From: Anaerolineales bacterium UBA3082
GTDB lineage: Bacteria; Chloroflexota; Anaerolineae; UBA7937
Assembly: GCA_002366595.1 (NCBI GenBank)
Contig: DFBK01000006.1
Span: 1,429-64,269, forward strand
Direction of reading: 5' to 3'
Length of the DNA stretch: 62,841 bases
How positions within the stretch are numbered: position 1 is the stretch's first letter; each line of letters starts with the position of its first letter. The position numbers and the translations under genes are program-made. This document shows positions 34,686-43,612 of the stretch, one piece after another. Below the pieces are notes generated by a model. It made no database searches and was not told the origin of the DNA. It worked only from the letters and a program-made list of their open reading frames with translations.

Positions 34686-36731
34686 TTACTCTTCGATCCA
34701 TATCCGTCCTAGGAGGATGCGATCCCCCTCGCCTCCGGGGCCCAGGACAGGCATTCGTTCCATGGTGGAGAGAAGGTAGATACCTACTTCGATCTCGTAC
34801 TCTCCAGCCGGCGCCTCCGGGGGGATAGGGATATGATAAAAGTCCACCACTATCTCACCCCTTTCCCACCGAGTAGTGGGGTACGAGCCCCTCAGGGGTA
34901 GGCTGTCATCCTGCCCCCAGAGGGGACCGCCGGTGGCCTCGTTGTAAGGGCCCAGGAGGTGGGTGAAGACGGTATAACTCTCTTTCATCTCCCCCAGAGC
35001 CTGCCAGTATAGGGTCAGGTCTAGGAGATCCCCCCGGTGAGGGGAGTCGGTAGAGAGATCGAACCCCAGGAGCCGAACCTTCTCCAGGTCGATAGAAAGG
35101 GGGTGTTCTGGGTTCAGGATCGCGCCGCCTTTAGGGACCCGATAGGCCACAAAGTAGGTCTCCCCGTTTCTGTCTTGGTTCTTGAAGACCACATCCCCTT
35201 GGGGGAGGTATCTTCGCAGGAAGGGGAGAGAGGTTTCATCCTCGGGGGTGATTATCAGGTAGGTGGTCGCTCCATCGTCGGGGGGCAGAACCATCCCCTC
35301 TCTTCCATCTAGGCTTTTGGTGTTGATACCACCCAGGATGAAGAGGAGGGTGGGGTGATCGCTCCGCACGGGGGAGAGGTAGAGCCGTTCCTGGGAGGGC
35401 AACCCTTTTATGTAGTGGGCCATATCCACCAACCCTACATCGAAGGCGTAGAAAAGGTCGTTGCTGCGGCCCCAAGTGAGGAAGTAGGCCCGCGCCGTCG
35501 AGAGGCCAGAGAAAACCAATCCCGCCCCCAGCAGGAGGGTGACCACGCCGCACACCCACTGCCGGCCCAGACGCGCTGCGCTTTGCCAGATGGCCCAGCC
35601 GCCCAGAGCGCAGAGGAGGGCCAGGGCTGGCGTAGCGCCGATGGCCCGGCCAAAGTGGGGTGCGTGCTCGGTGATGAGTGTGGGCAGGGTCGTCACTCCC
35701 AGCCAGATCAGCGGTAGAGCGGAGGTCGGACGGCGGAACCCGACCAGTGCCTGTCCCAGCCCGACCAGGAAAAGGAGGGCCAGGAAAGGGTCCAGAGCCG
35801 GGCGACCGGGCAGGTTGCTGCGTGGATTAGCATCGCCCCGCAGAAAGAACATCCTTAGCACGCGGGGAAGGTTGTCCCCTAACGCCTGCCAAGGGCTTTC
35901 CGGGGCACTTTCGCCACCCACTAAAGCCACGCTGGCGGCCCTCTGTAAAAAATTGGCCGGATGGGTGACAAAGTAGAGAGCGATGGGCGCGGCAACGATC
36001 AGCGCGACGAGGGCTGTCAAGAGTAGGCCGCGTCCGTGGCGACAGAGGAAGCGGCGCTCCATAACGGCGGCGTAGGCCACGATCAGGGCCGCCAGGATGG
36101 GCACGAAATAGCCGGCTTTGTAGGTGTAAAGGCTGCCGCCCAGGGCCAGCCCGGCCAGGGCAAAAGGAGGCCAGCGATCGGTATTCAGGCCCCGGGCCAA
36201 GGCGGCAAAGGCCAGGGTGGCGAAGAAGGGCACAAGGATCGGCTCCATGCCGATCCGGCTGAAGTTGAGATGCCAGTAGAGGATAGCCAGGACCAAGGCG
36301 GTGCCCAGGCCCACGATCTGCCCCTGGAAGCCACCAGGGCTTCTGGGCCCTTGCTCCGGCTGGATTGCCCCACCCCGGTGCGAGCGGGGGTTTCGGAAAA
36401 GCTCACGCCCCAGCCACCAGGCCAGGGGCACCGTCAGCACCCCGGCGAAGGCTGATGGCAGGCGGATAACCCAGGGCTTCTGGCCCAGCAGGCCGATGGC
36501 GGCGGCCACGAGGTAAAGGGCGATGGGTTCCTCGCCCATGTCGCTTTCAAAGAAAATCTGAGGAGGAGCACCTTCGAGCAGCGTGCGGGCTGTGACGCCT
36601 TTGAAGCCTTCGTCAAAGTGGAGGCCGGGCGGCAGGTAGGGCAGGCGGTAGAAGCGGAGGGTGGCGGCGATCAGGGTAATGAGCAGAACGGCCCACACTT
36701 CCCAGCGGAGAGGAAGGTTCCTTTTTCTCAT
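34686..36731 (-). CDS. GT-C fold glycosyltransferase (ArnT/GT39-like) with a C-terminal repeat module
   Basis: PGLHFDEGFKG...MGEEPIALYL, multi-TM core, and C-terminal LLGFDL...LTLYWQAL...YTVFTHLLG...YPTTRWERGEIVVD. GC visibly higher than the window average. The ATG overlaps the upstream stop (ATGA). Confidence 0.85.
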   Translation of the reverse strand: MRKRNLPLRWEVWAVLLITLIAATLRFYRLPYLPPGLHFDEGFKGVTARTLLEGAPPQIFFESDMGEEPIALYLVAAAIGLLGQKPWVIRLPSAFAGVLTVPLAWWLGRELFRNPRSHRGGAIQPEQGPRSPGGFQGQIVGLGTALVLAILYWHLNFSRIGMEPILVPFFATLAFAALARGLNTDRWPPFALAGLALGGSLYTYKAGYFVPILAALIVAYAAVMERRFLCRHGRGLLLTALVALIVAAPIALYFVTHPANFLQRAASVALVGGESAPESPWQALGDNLPRVLRMFFLRGDANPRSNLPGRPALDPFLALLFLVGLGQALVGFRRPTSALPLIWLGVTTLPTLITEHAPHFGRAIGATPALALLCALGGWAIWQSAARLGRQWVCGVVTLLLGAGLVFSGLSTARAYFLTWGRSNDLFYAFDVGLVDMAHYIKGLPSQERLYLSPVRSDHPTLLFILGGINTKSLDGREGMVLPPDDGATTYLIITPEDETSLPFLRRYLPQGDVVFKNQDRNGETYFVAYRVPKGGAILNPEHPLSIDLEKVRLLGFDLSTDSPHRGDLLDLTLYWQALGEMKESYTVFTHLLGPYNEATGGPLWGQDDSLPLRGSYPTTRWERGEIVVDFYHIPIPPEAPAGEYEIEVGIYLLSTMERMPVLGPGGEGDRILLGRIWIEE

Positions 36732-38641
36732 GGGGCCACCACCTCGACGCTGTCCAGCAACGCCCGGTCGCCCAGGGGAGCACCGCTGTCGGGGTCGCGG
36801 ACGGGCAGGCGCTCAAGGGTCTCCAGGAGGTACATGCCCACTTCGAGGACGTGCGGACCGGGCGTGGCGTCGGCGGAGACGGTCAGGGCATAGTTGTCCT
36901 GGACGACTTGGCCGACGGTCCAGCGGTCGGTGGGCAGGGTGCCTCCCTGGGGTTCGCTGTCCATCTGCGCCTGGATCTGCTCGCTGGCGTCCAGCAGATG
37001 GGTAAAGACGGTGTAGCGCTCCGCCACCGGCGAGAGAGCCTGCCAGTAGAGGGTTAGGAGTAGCGTGTCGCCGGGGGCCACACATTCAGCGCTAAGAGCA
37101 TAGCCCAGGAGCCGCACCTGGTCACCCAGATCGGCGTGCAGTGGGTGCTGGATAGTATCGTCAGCAGCGGCGGCCGTCATCACGTATAGCGACAGATCGG
37201 CATCCACCCATCCGCCAAAGTAGCCCTTGCTACCGTGGGTGGCCAGCCAGCGGGATAGGTAGCCACCAGAGTCGTATTCCGCCGGATTTCCAAAGCGGAC
37301 CAGCCAGAGGCGCGGGTGGCTGGTGGCGATGGTGGCCAACTCGCGGGCGGTGCGGGGATCCCCCAACGGATATTCGTAGCGAGGGAAAAAGTAGGCATCC
37401 AGGCCATTAGGCCGGTAGTATTCAAAGAGGGGACGCTGGAGTTGGTTAGCCAGGATGAGGCCATCGTCGGGGCGGGCGTTGGCCTGCACGTAGGCCATCA
37501 TCTGACCGTAGCGGCCCTTGAGATAAGCATCGTCGGTGTAATAGCCGCGCAGACCGTAGCCGCTCCCGACTAGCAGGAGTAGGGCACCCACAGCGCTCAC
37601 CGGTCGCCATAGACGGCCCCAAGCCATCACGCCCCACGCCGCCAGGAGGTAGAAGGCGGGGGCGACGAGAAGCAGGTAGCGGGCGTAGAAAAAGGGCATG
37701 AAGGGGTTGACGGCCCAGGCCAGGAGGAGAGGGAGGGTGAGGTAAGCGGCGACCAGCCAGGGCTCTGGTTGGCGGCGGAAGAGGGCCAGCAGGCCAGCCA
37801 CGACGGCCATCAGAAAGGGGAGGGAGATCACCCACGCGGCAGCGGACGGGACGGCCAGGCCAGCGCTGAGCGTGGTGAACGTCTGCCCTGCGATGCGGAG
37901 GGCGGTGGACAGGTCCCACTTCTCGAAGCGAGCACTGGCCTTTCCGCTGAGAAAGCCGCTCTGGACAGCGATCCAGGGGAGATAGGCCAGGGCGATGGTA
38001 CCTTGTGCAGCCAGCCATCGGCCCAAATCGGACCATCGGCGACGGCAGAGCAGGAAGGGGATGATGACCAGATTCTCGGCCAGGATGACGAAAAAGCCGT
38101 AGTAGTGGGTGTAGGCGCTACCGAGGGTGGTAAGGAGGTAGGCCGACCACGCTCCGATAGAGCGCGGTCTTTGGAAAGCACGCATTGCCCAATAGACAGA
38201 GGCGGCGGTCAGGAGAGTGCCCAGGCCGTACATGCGCGTTTCCTGCGAGTAGTAGGTCAGGACCGGCGAGACAGCGACTAACAAGGCTGCCAACCCCCCA
38301 GTCGCCAGACCGAAAGCGCGGTGACCCAGGAGATAGACAACCGGCACCGTCAGGGTGCCAATGACAGCCGAGAGGAAGCGCACAGCCAGGGGCGATGATC
38401 CTACCAGGCGTAGCCAGAGGTAGAGGAGGAAGGGGTAGAGGGGGGGGTGAGTGTCTGCCCCGCCGGCTACGACCTGGGGCAGAGGTTGGCTACTGAGCCA
38501 GATGCTAAAGGCTTCATCGCCCCAGATGTCCTGGCGGTCAATGGCGTAGAGCCGCAGGCCGAAGGCCAGCAGGACGACGAGCAGGATCCCGAGATAGAAC
38601 CGTCGGGCATGCGCTCCAGTCATGGGTTCAGTATGGCACAC
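36728..38641 (-). CDS. GT-C fold glycosyltransferase family 39-like with a C-terminal repeat module
   Basis: IWGDEAFSIW...DTHPPLYPFLLYLW...AVRFLSAVIG. C-terminal LLGYAL...LTLYWQAL...YTVFTHLLD. GC-rich. Confidence 0.85.
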   Translation of the reverse strand: MCHTEPMTGAHARRFYLGILLVVLLAFGLRLYAIDRQDIWGDEAFSIWLSSQPLPQVVAGGADTHPPLYPFLLYLWLRLVGSSPLAVRFLSAVIGTLTVPVVYLLGHRAFGLATGGLAALLVAVSPVLTYYSQETRMYGLGTLLTAASVYWAMRAFQRPRSIGAWSAYLLTTLGSAYTHYYGFFVILAENLVIIPFLLCRRRWSDLGRWLAAQGTIALAYLPWIAVQSGFLSGKASARFEKWDLSTALRIAGQTFTTLSAGLAVPSAAAWVISLPFLMAVVAGLLALFRRQPEPWLVAAYLTLPLLLAWAVNPFMPFFYARYLLLVAPAFYLLAAWGVMAWGRLWRPVSAVGALLLLVGSGYGLRGYYTDDAYLKGRYGQMMAYVQANARPDDGLILANQLQRPLFEYYRPNGLDAYFFPRYEYPLGDPRTARELATIATSHPRLWLVRFGNPAEYDSGGYLSRWLATHGSKGYFGGWVDADLSLYVMTAAAADDTIQHPLHADLGDQVRLLGYALSAECVAPGDTLLLTLYWQALSPVAERYTVFTHLLDASEQIQAQMDSEPQGGTLPTDRWTVGQVVQDNYALTVSADATPGPHVLEVGMYLLETLERLPVRDPDSGAPLGDRALLDSVEVVAP

Positions 38642-38746
38642 CCCCGGTGTTTTGGCAACCCGTCCCTGTCGCGCTAATCAAATAGCCCCCGGTCAGCCAG
38701 GGAGGTTGCTACAGGGGTTCGTAAGACCATACGCTTTGCCAGCCTT

Positions 38747-41608
38747 TTAGTGCACCAGTCGGATTTGCGTCTCCTCCAAAAGGAGCCTATCTCCTATATG
38801 GTTCCTCTCTTGGTCATAGATGGGTAGCCGCACTGAGGTCGAAGCATCGTACATACCGATCTCGATAAGGTAATCTCCGAGAGGTGCATCCTCTTTAATG
38901 GGGATCTCATATTCATCCTTGATGTACTCCCCTTCGATCCAACTGGTGGTGGGGAGGGTCCAGTCGCCGGGAACGCCGTCTTTCTGTCCCCAGATGCGAT
39001 CCTCTTCATCAATGAGATGAGTGAAGACGGTATAAGAGGTCCCCATTTGCGCCAGGGCTTGCCAGTAGAGAGTGAGATGCAAACTCCCGCCGGGATGGCT
39101 TTCTAACGATGCCAGGTCGTAGCCTAGAAAGAGGACGCTATCCCCCAAGCGGGCCCAGAGCGGGTGTTGGATGGCTTCAGGTGGCTCAGTGGAATGGACT
39201 CTTCCCTCCACCTCGATAGTGGTAAGGGCCACTTTCTGGGCTCGCCGGAAGGGCCAGTGGCCGATGGCCAAGGGCTTTCCGTCCTCCGAGCGACAGAGTC
39301 CTAAAAGCAGGCGGTAATGGCCAGGCGGCAGATTGGCTGGTAGCAGCAGTCGATGGGGATCGCGAGTGAGACTATCAACCGGCCACCGGCTGGTAGGGTA
39401 GGTGCCACGGAGGGGGGCTTTCTCCTCCTGGGTCCAGGTCTTGCCGCTCTCGTCCTCCAGACGTAAGGAGACCTTATACTCTTCCATCCTGGTCAAGGCC
39501 TGCCAAAAGAGGGTCACCTCTATCTCCTCGCCGGAAAGGTAAGGGCCCTCGCCCAGGCTATAGCCCAAAAGCCGCATCCCTCCTTCGAAGTCGGCTTGCC
39601 GAGGGTGCTGGATGGGGAAGGCCTCGATCGGTGGCTGGCGAGCGGGTAGAATGACTCTCACCTCTCCCAATATCGCTTCTACCCCCAGAGGTTCTCCTAG
39701 TGATGTCACCTCTAGGGGAGCGCTTTCGGGGTCACTGTAAAGGGAGAGGCGAAGTTGGTAGGTGCCGGGAGGGGTTCCGGCGGGCACCAAGAGGCCCTGG
39801 CTATCCCTAAGGGTGGCCCCTAGGGGTAGTTCGGGGAAAGGGTGGAGCCCAGCCACTCCCTCGCTATCGTGACTGGCCCACACATAGCCACTCTTGTCCG
39901 TCAGACGTAAGGCTACCCGATACCTCTCTTGGAAATCGGCTACCCTTTGCCAGAGGAGATCTACCCTTATCACCCCCCAGGCGGCTTCCACCGCTTGGGC
40001 ACTTACCCCATAGGTTTGGAGAAGCATTAGGCCTCCGAATTCCAGTGGCCGATCGCTGGCGGTGAGAGGGGCCTGGCTGGCGTAGGCGGTAAGTTTCGTG
40101 TTCTGGCTATACCACTCGGCGAGGAAAGGGTAATATCCTCGACTCAGGTACTCCTCTACCTCGCTCTCTAAGATCCTCCCCAAAACCTGATGGGTAGGGA
40201 ACCAGAGGCGGGGGTGTTGGGAGAACAGTCGATCTAGTCCCTGGCCCAGGAGGTCGGGGCGCTCCATCCACCGCTCCCGTGTCACATCAGTCTCTTCCTT
40301 GGGGGTGAGGTAAAGAGAGGGCAAGAGGGCTTGATAGTAACTGTGAAAGTAGCCCACCTGCCAAGGGTGGACGACCACGATCACATCTTCCGGTTGCGCT
40401 AGCGCCTCCAGCCGGGCGATAAGGGGGCGGTAGTCATCTTCAACATACCGCGGGATGGTATAGAAATGGGAAAGAGAGAGACCGCAAAGGGCGAGCAAGA
40501 TCAGCCCCGCCAAATATAGAAGGGTTCTTCTTCCCTTTAGAGAAAAAAGACCCAAGGCCACTAAGATATAGAAGGCCGGCGTGGCCAAGAGGAGGAGTCG
40601 CTCTATCCCTATGGCTCTAAAGGGGAAACGGAGGTTGATGAGGAACCCCGAAAGCAGAGGAACGAAGAGGTAGAGGAGGAGGAAAAGAACGCCTCGACTT
40701 ACTCTTTCTTCCTGCTCCAAGGAAACCTTCGCACCATCTGGCCAAAGGGCGCTTCCCACCCCTAGAGCAACGAAAAACAAGGGTATGATGCCCAACCAAG
40801 CGAGATGCTGAGACAGGTGCCCAAGGCCAAAGGTGGTTAAGTGGCTTCCCATATAGGTGGCGAAGCCCAGGGGAAGGTCGGCCTCCTTCGCTAACTTGGT
40901 AGCCACGTAATCGATCAATTTGCTCCCTGCGAAGAGGATCCAAGGGGCGTAAAGGAGAAGCCAGATCGCTTGAGCGGCCAGCCATTTGAGGATCAGGGAA
41001 AGTTTGTGACGAGCCAAGATGAGGAAAAAGAGCGTCTGGGCTAAGGGTATAAAGGCCGCATAGTATTGAGTGTATGCCGCTGCGGTAGTGGTCAAGAGAT
41101 AGCCTGCCCAGAGACCTATGGAGGCTTGGCCTTCTTTCAACCCTTTCCCTATCTCTAAGGCGAAATAGGTGGATAGGAGCCCCAGGAAGGTGACCAGGGC
41201 GTACATGCGGGCCTCTTGGGAGTAGTAGATGGGAAAAGGGGCTACAGCCCAAACCAAAGTGGTGAGAAGACCTACCGAGGGGTTAAAGAGGCGGCGGGCC
41301 ACGAGAAAGATCAGAGGGGCGGAAAGAACGCCCACCAAGAGGGAGAAGAAGCGGATGGCGAAAGGGCTAGCCCCCAGGAGGAGTACCCAGAGGTGGAGAA
41401 GTAGATAGTAGAAGGGAGGGTGGATATCGATGGCCGTGCGAGCCACCATGGAGGGGATATCGCTGGTGGCGAAATAGACCGTCCACCCCTCATCCCACCA
41501 GAGAGGCTGAAAGTCCAGCCTGGCGATGCGAAGGGTGAAGGCCAAGAAGGTGATCGAGGTGAGCCAATAGGCCCAAGGTATTCTCTTAAGGATCGAATCT
41601 CTTCTCAT
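38747..41608 (-). CDS. GT-C fold glycosyltransferase family 39-like with several C-terminal repeat modules
   Basis: WWDEGWTVYF...IDIHPPFYYLLLHLW...AIRFFSLLVG. At least three C-terminal repeat modules. The start is trimmed to Met at 41608 because the track's N-terminal extension overlaps the rplI promoter and start. Confidence 0.85.
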   Translation of the reverse strand: MRRDSILKRIPWAYWLTSITFLAFTLRIARLDFQPLWWDEGWTVYFATSDIPSMVARTAIDIHPPFYYLLLHLWVLLLGASPFAIRFFSLLVGVLSAPLIFLVARRLFNPSVGLLTTLVWAVAPFPIYYSQEARMYALVTFLGLLSTYFALEIGKGLKEGQASIGLWAGYLLTTTAAAYTQYYAAFIPLAQTLFFLILARHKLSLILKWLAAQAIWLLLYAPWILFAGSKLIDYVATKLAKEADLPLGFATYMGSHLTTFGLGHLSQHLAWLGIIPLFFVALGVGSALWPDGAKVSLEQEERVSRGVLFLLLYLFVPLLSGFLINLRFPFRAIGIERLLLLATPAFYILVALGLFSLKGRRTLLYLAGLILLALCGLSLSHFYTIPRYVEDDYRPLIARLEALAQPEDVIVVVHPWQVGYFHSYYQALLPSLYLTPKEETDVTRERWMERPDLLGQGLDRLFSQHPRLWFPTHQVLGRILESEVEEYLSRGYYPFLAEWYSQNTKLTAYASQAPLTASDRPLEFGGLMLLQTYGVSAQAVEAAWGVIRVDLLWQRVADFQERYRVALRLTDKSGYVWASHDSEGVAGLHPFPELPLGATLRDSQGLLVPAGTPPGTYQLRLSLYSDPESAPLEVTSLGEPLGVEAILGEVRVILPARQPPIEAFPIQHPRQADFEGGMRLLGYSLGEGPYLSGEEIEVTLFWQALTRMEEYKVSLRLEDESGKTWTQEEKAPLRGTYPTSRWPVDSLTRDPHRLLLPANLPPGHYRLLLGLCRSEDGKPLAIGHWPFRRAQKVALTTIEVEGRVHSTEPPEAIQHPLWARLGDSVLFLGYDLASLESHPGGSLHLTLYWQALAQMGTSYTVFTHLIDEEDRIWGQKDGVPGDWTLPTTSWIEGEYIKDEYEIPIKEDAPLGDYLIEIGMYDASTSVRLPIYDQERNHIGDRLLLEETQIRLVH

Positions 41609-41654
41609 AGGTATATCGGGCAGTATTATAACACACGGGTGTAAGGGAGAAAAC

Positions 41655-41683
41655 TTGAGTTTTCTCCTCTTTTGGTGTATGAT
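41655..41683 (+). promoter_or_regulatory. candidate promoter of rplI (TTGAGT-17 nt-TATGAT)
   Basis: The -10 ends 9 nt before the ATG at 41693 and no SD lies between them, so the transcript would be leaderless or nearly so. Confidence 0.45.
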
Positions 41684-41692
41684 AATAAAAGC

Positions 41693-42151
41693 ATGGATAT
41701 ATTTCTGCTTCAAGATGTGGAAGGGGTGGGGAAGGCTGGTGAGGTTCACGCCGTGGCTGGAGGGTATGCCCGCCATTTCCTCATCCCTCGAGGCCTAGCC
41801 GTGGTGGCTACCGAGGGCGCTCTCAAGGAAGCGGAGGGTTGGCGTCAGGCCGAGGCGCGGCGCGAAGAGCGGCAAAGGGCCAAGTTTGAGGAGTTGGCGG
41901 CGCGAGTGGAGAAGATAACCCTTAACTTCAAAGCTAGGGTGGGTGGAAAGGAGAAACTCTACGGCTCCATCACCAGCGGGGATATCGCCAAAGCCCTGGA
42001 GAGGGAGTTGGGAGAGGGCATCGACAAGCGAAAGATCGACCTTTCAGAGCCCATCCGGGGATTGGGGACCTATGAGGTGGCCGTAAGGCTTATGGGAGAT
42101 CTCTCGCCCGAGGTCACCGTAGTAGTGGAGGAGGCATCAGAGGGAGGGTAG
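41693..42151 (+). CDS. rplI: 50S ribosomal protein L9
   Basis: MDIFLLQDVEGVGKAGEV..V..GYARHFLIP.GLA N-terminus and LYGSITSGDIAKAL C-domain. Confidence 0.93.
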   Translation: MDIFLLQDVEGVGKAGEVHAVAGGYARHFLIPRGLAVVATEGALKEAEGWRQAEARREERQRAKFEELAARVEKITLNFKARVGGKEKLYGSITSGDIAKALERELGEGIDKRKIDLSEPIRGLGTYEVAVRLMGDLSPEVTVVVEEASEGG

Positions 42152-42152
42152 C

Positions 42153-42500
42153 GTGGAAGAGGGGAGAGAGCGGTATTTTCTCATCAAGCATCTCATCAGC
42201 AACATCAGGTGTGCGGTCTGCAGCCGGCGGTATGAGCCGAAAGATGTGCAGATCCTCGGCCGCCAGGATGACCTCTGGATCATGGGGGTGACCTGCGCCC
42301 ATTGCCATACGCAGGGGATGATCTTCGCCGTGGTGCGCGAGGGCCAGCCTCCAGAGGTGATCACAGAGATGACGCCCGAGGAGTTAGCCAGAGCCGCGGA
42401 ACTCTCCCCCATCGATGCCGACGATGTTTTGGATATGCACCGGCTCTTGAGGGGTTTCAAAGGCGATTTCTATGATCTTCTGGGGGAGAATGAGGGTTAA
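42153..42500 (+). CDS. hypothetical zinc-ribbon protein
   Basis: 115 aa with CAVC...CAHC. GTG start 2 nt after the rplI stop. Confidence 0.5.
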   Translation: MEEGRERYFLIKHLISNIRCAVCSRRYEPKDVQILGRQDDLWIMGVTCAHCHTQGMIFAVVREGQPPEVITEMTPEELARAAELSPIDADDVLDMHRLLRGFKGDFYDLLGENEG

Positions 42501-42518
42501 AGGCAGAGGTTTAGGAGA

Positions 42519-42548
42519 AGCCACCGCCTGTGGGCGGTGGCTTTTTAA
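42519..42548. terminator. bidirectional intrinsic terminator
   Basis: gccaccgcc-tgtg-ggcggtggc followed by ttttt. Lies between convergent genes. Confidence 0.8.
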
Positions 42549-43609
42549 TATGCCTGCGAGAGGAGATGGCGGTTCCCGATATGAATGTTAGTCAGACCAG
42601 CCTGGCGAGCCGCACGTTCCGCCTCTTCCGCATGGCGCACTGAGGTGTGCGGCAGGTCATGGATATAGAAGTGGGGGTGGAACCCCAAGAGAGAGTAAGG
42701 GATATTCGGATCTAGGGAGGCGATGAACCGGGCGATACCGCTTACCTCTTGGGCATCGACATACCCTGGGAGTAGAAGGGTACTAGCCACAACCAACGGC
42801 GGTTCAGGGCGCTGGGGGATATATCTGGCCGCCAAGGCGAAGTTCTCTAAAGTCTGTCTGTTCGTCACCCCTGTAAGGGCTATATGCAGATTTTCATCGT
42901 GCGCTTTAAGGTCGAACTTCACGCATCCCCCCGTCTCCAAAGATAGCCTCACCGCTTGCTCCAACGCTTTCGGTTCCAGGGAGCCGTTGGTTTCCCAGCA
43001 AACCCTCACCCCCTGTCGGGCCAGGATGCGAGAGGTGGTCAGAGCGTGGGGGATCTGCGGCGTAGGATCGCCCCCGAAATAGCAAATACAAAAGGTCCGT
43101 GAATCGGCCTTCTCCGCTAACTCCTGGGCGCTCAGGCCATCGTCCTGAGGCGACATCTGGCGATAATGCCAGTTCTGGCAGAAGAGGCAGTTGAAAGAAC
43201 AGGCCCCATAGAAGACGGCTAGGTTATGGTAGCCGTACATCTTGCTCCCTTCGCAGACCCAGGCGGCCACACAGTTGGTGGGCAAGGGGTCATAATACCA
43301 GTGGAGGATCCCCTTCTTGGCGGTTCCCGCCAGGTGAACCAATTTCCCACCCTCGTTAGTGCGCAGGCCGCAGAACCCCCTTCCGCCTTCTGGGATCAGA
43401 CATTGGTTGACGCAAAGGGGGCATCGCACCCCTTCTTCATCCCGGGGCGGCTCCGGAGGGAGGCCGAACTCCTGACGCGAGGCGTGCTGCACCTCCTTTA
43501 TGGAGGGAAGAACCTTATTGGGGAAATCGCGGATACAATCCACACAGGCCCCTAGTGTGGAAGCGATGAGAGGGGAAGACTTCCCGCAATTCGAGCAACG
43601 CCCAGGCAT
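42545..43609 (-). CDS. radical SAM enzyme (PFL-activase-like / AmmeMemoRadiSam-type)
   Basis: N-terminal CxxC zinc ribbon; CSFNCLFCQNWHY radical SAM cluster motif; GGDPT. Confidence 0.8.
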   Translation of the reverse strand: MPGRCSNCGKSSPLIASTLGACVDCIRDFPNKVLPSIKEVQHASRQEFGLPPEPPRDEEGVRCPLCVNQCLIPEGGRGFCGLRTNEGGKLVHLAGTAKKGILHWYYDPLPTNCVAAWVCEGSKMYGYHNLAVFYGACSFNCLFCQNWHYRQMSPQDDGLSAQELAEKADSRTFCICYFGGDPTPQIPHALTTSRILARQGVRVCWETNGSLEPKALEQAVRLSLETGGCVKFDLKAHDENLHIALTGVTNRQTLENFALAARYIPQRPEPPLVVASTLLLPGYVDAQEVSGIARFIASLDPNIPYSLLGFHPHFYIHDLPHTSVRHAEEAERAARQAGLTNIHIGNRHLLSQAY

Positions 43610-43612
43610 AAT

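Noticed and set aside
41609-41776. N-terminal 56-aa extension of the 38747 GT-C ORF given in the track.
   Set aside because: The extension overlaps the rplI promoter and start codon and is AT-rich, non-membrane sequence. The paralogues begin close to the equivalent of Met at 41608.
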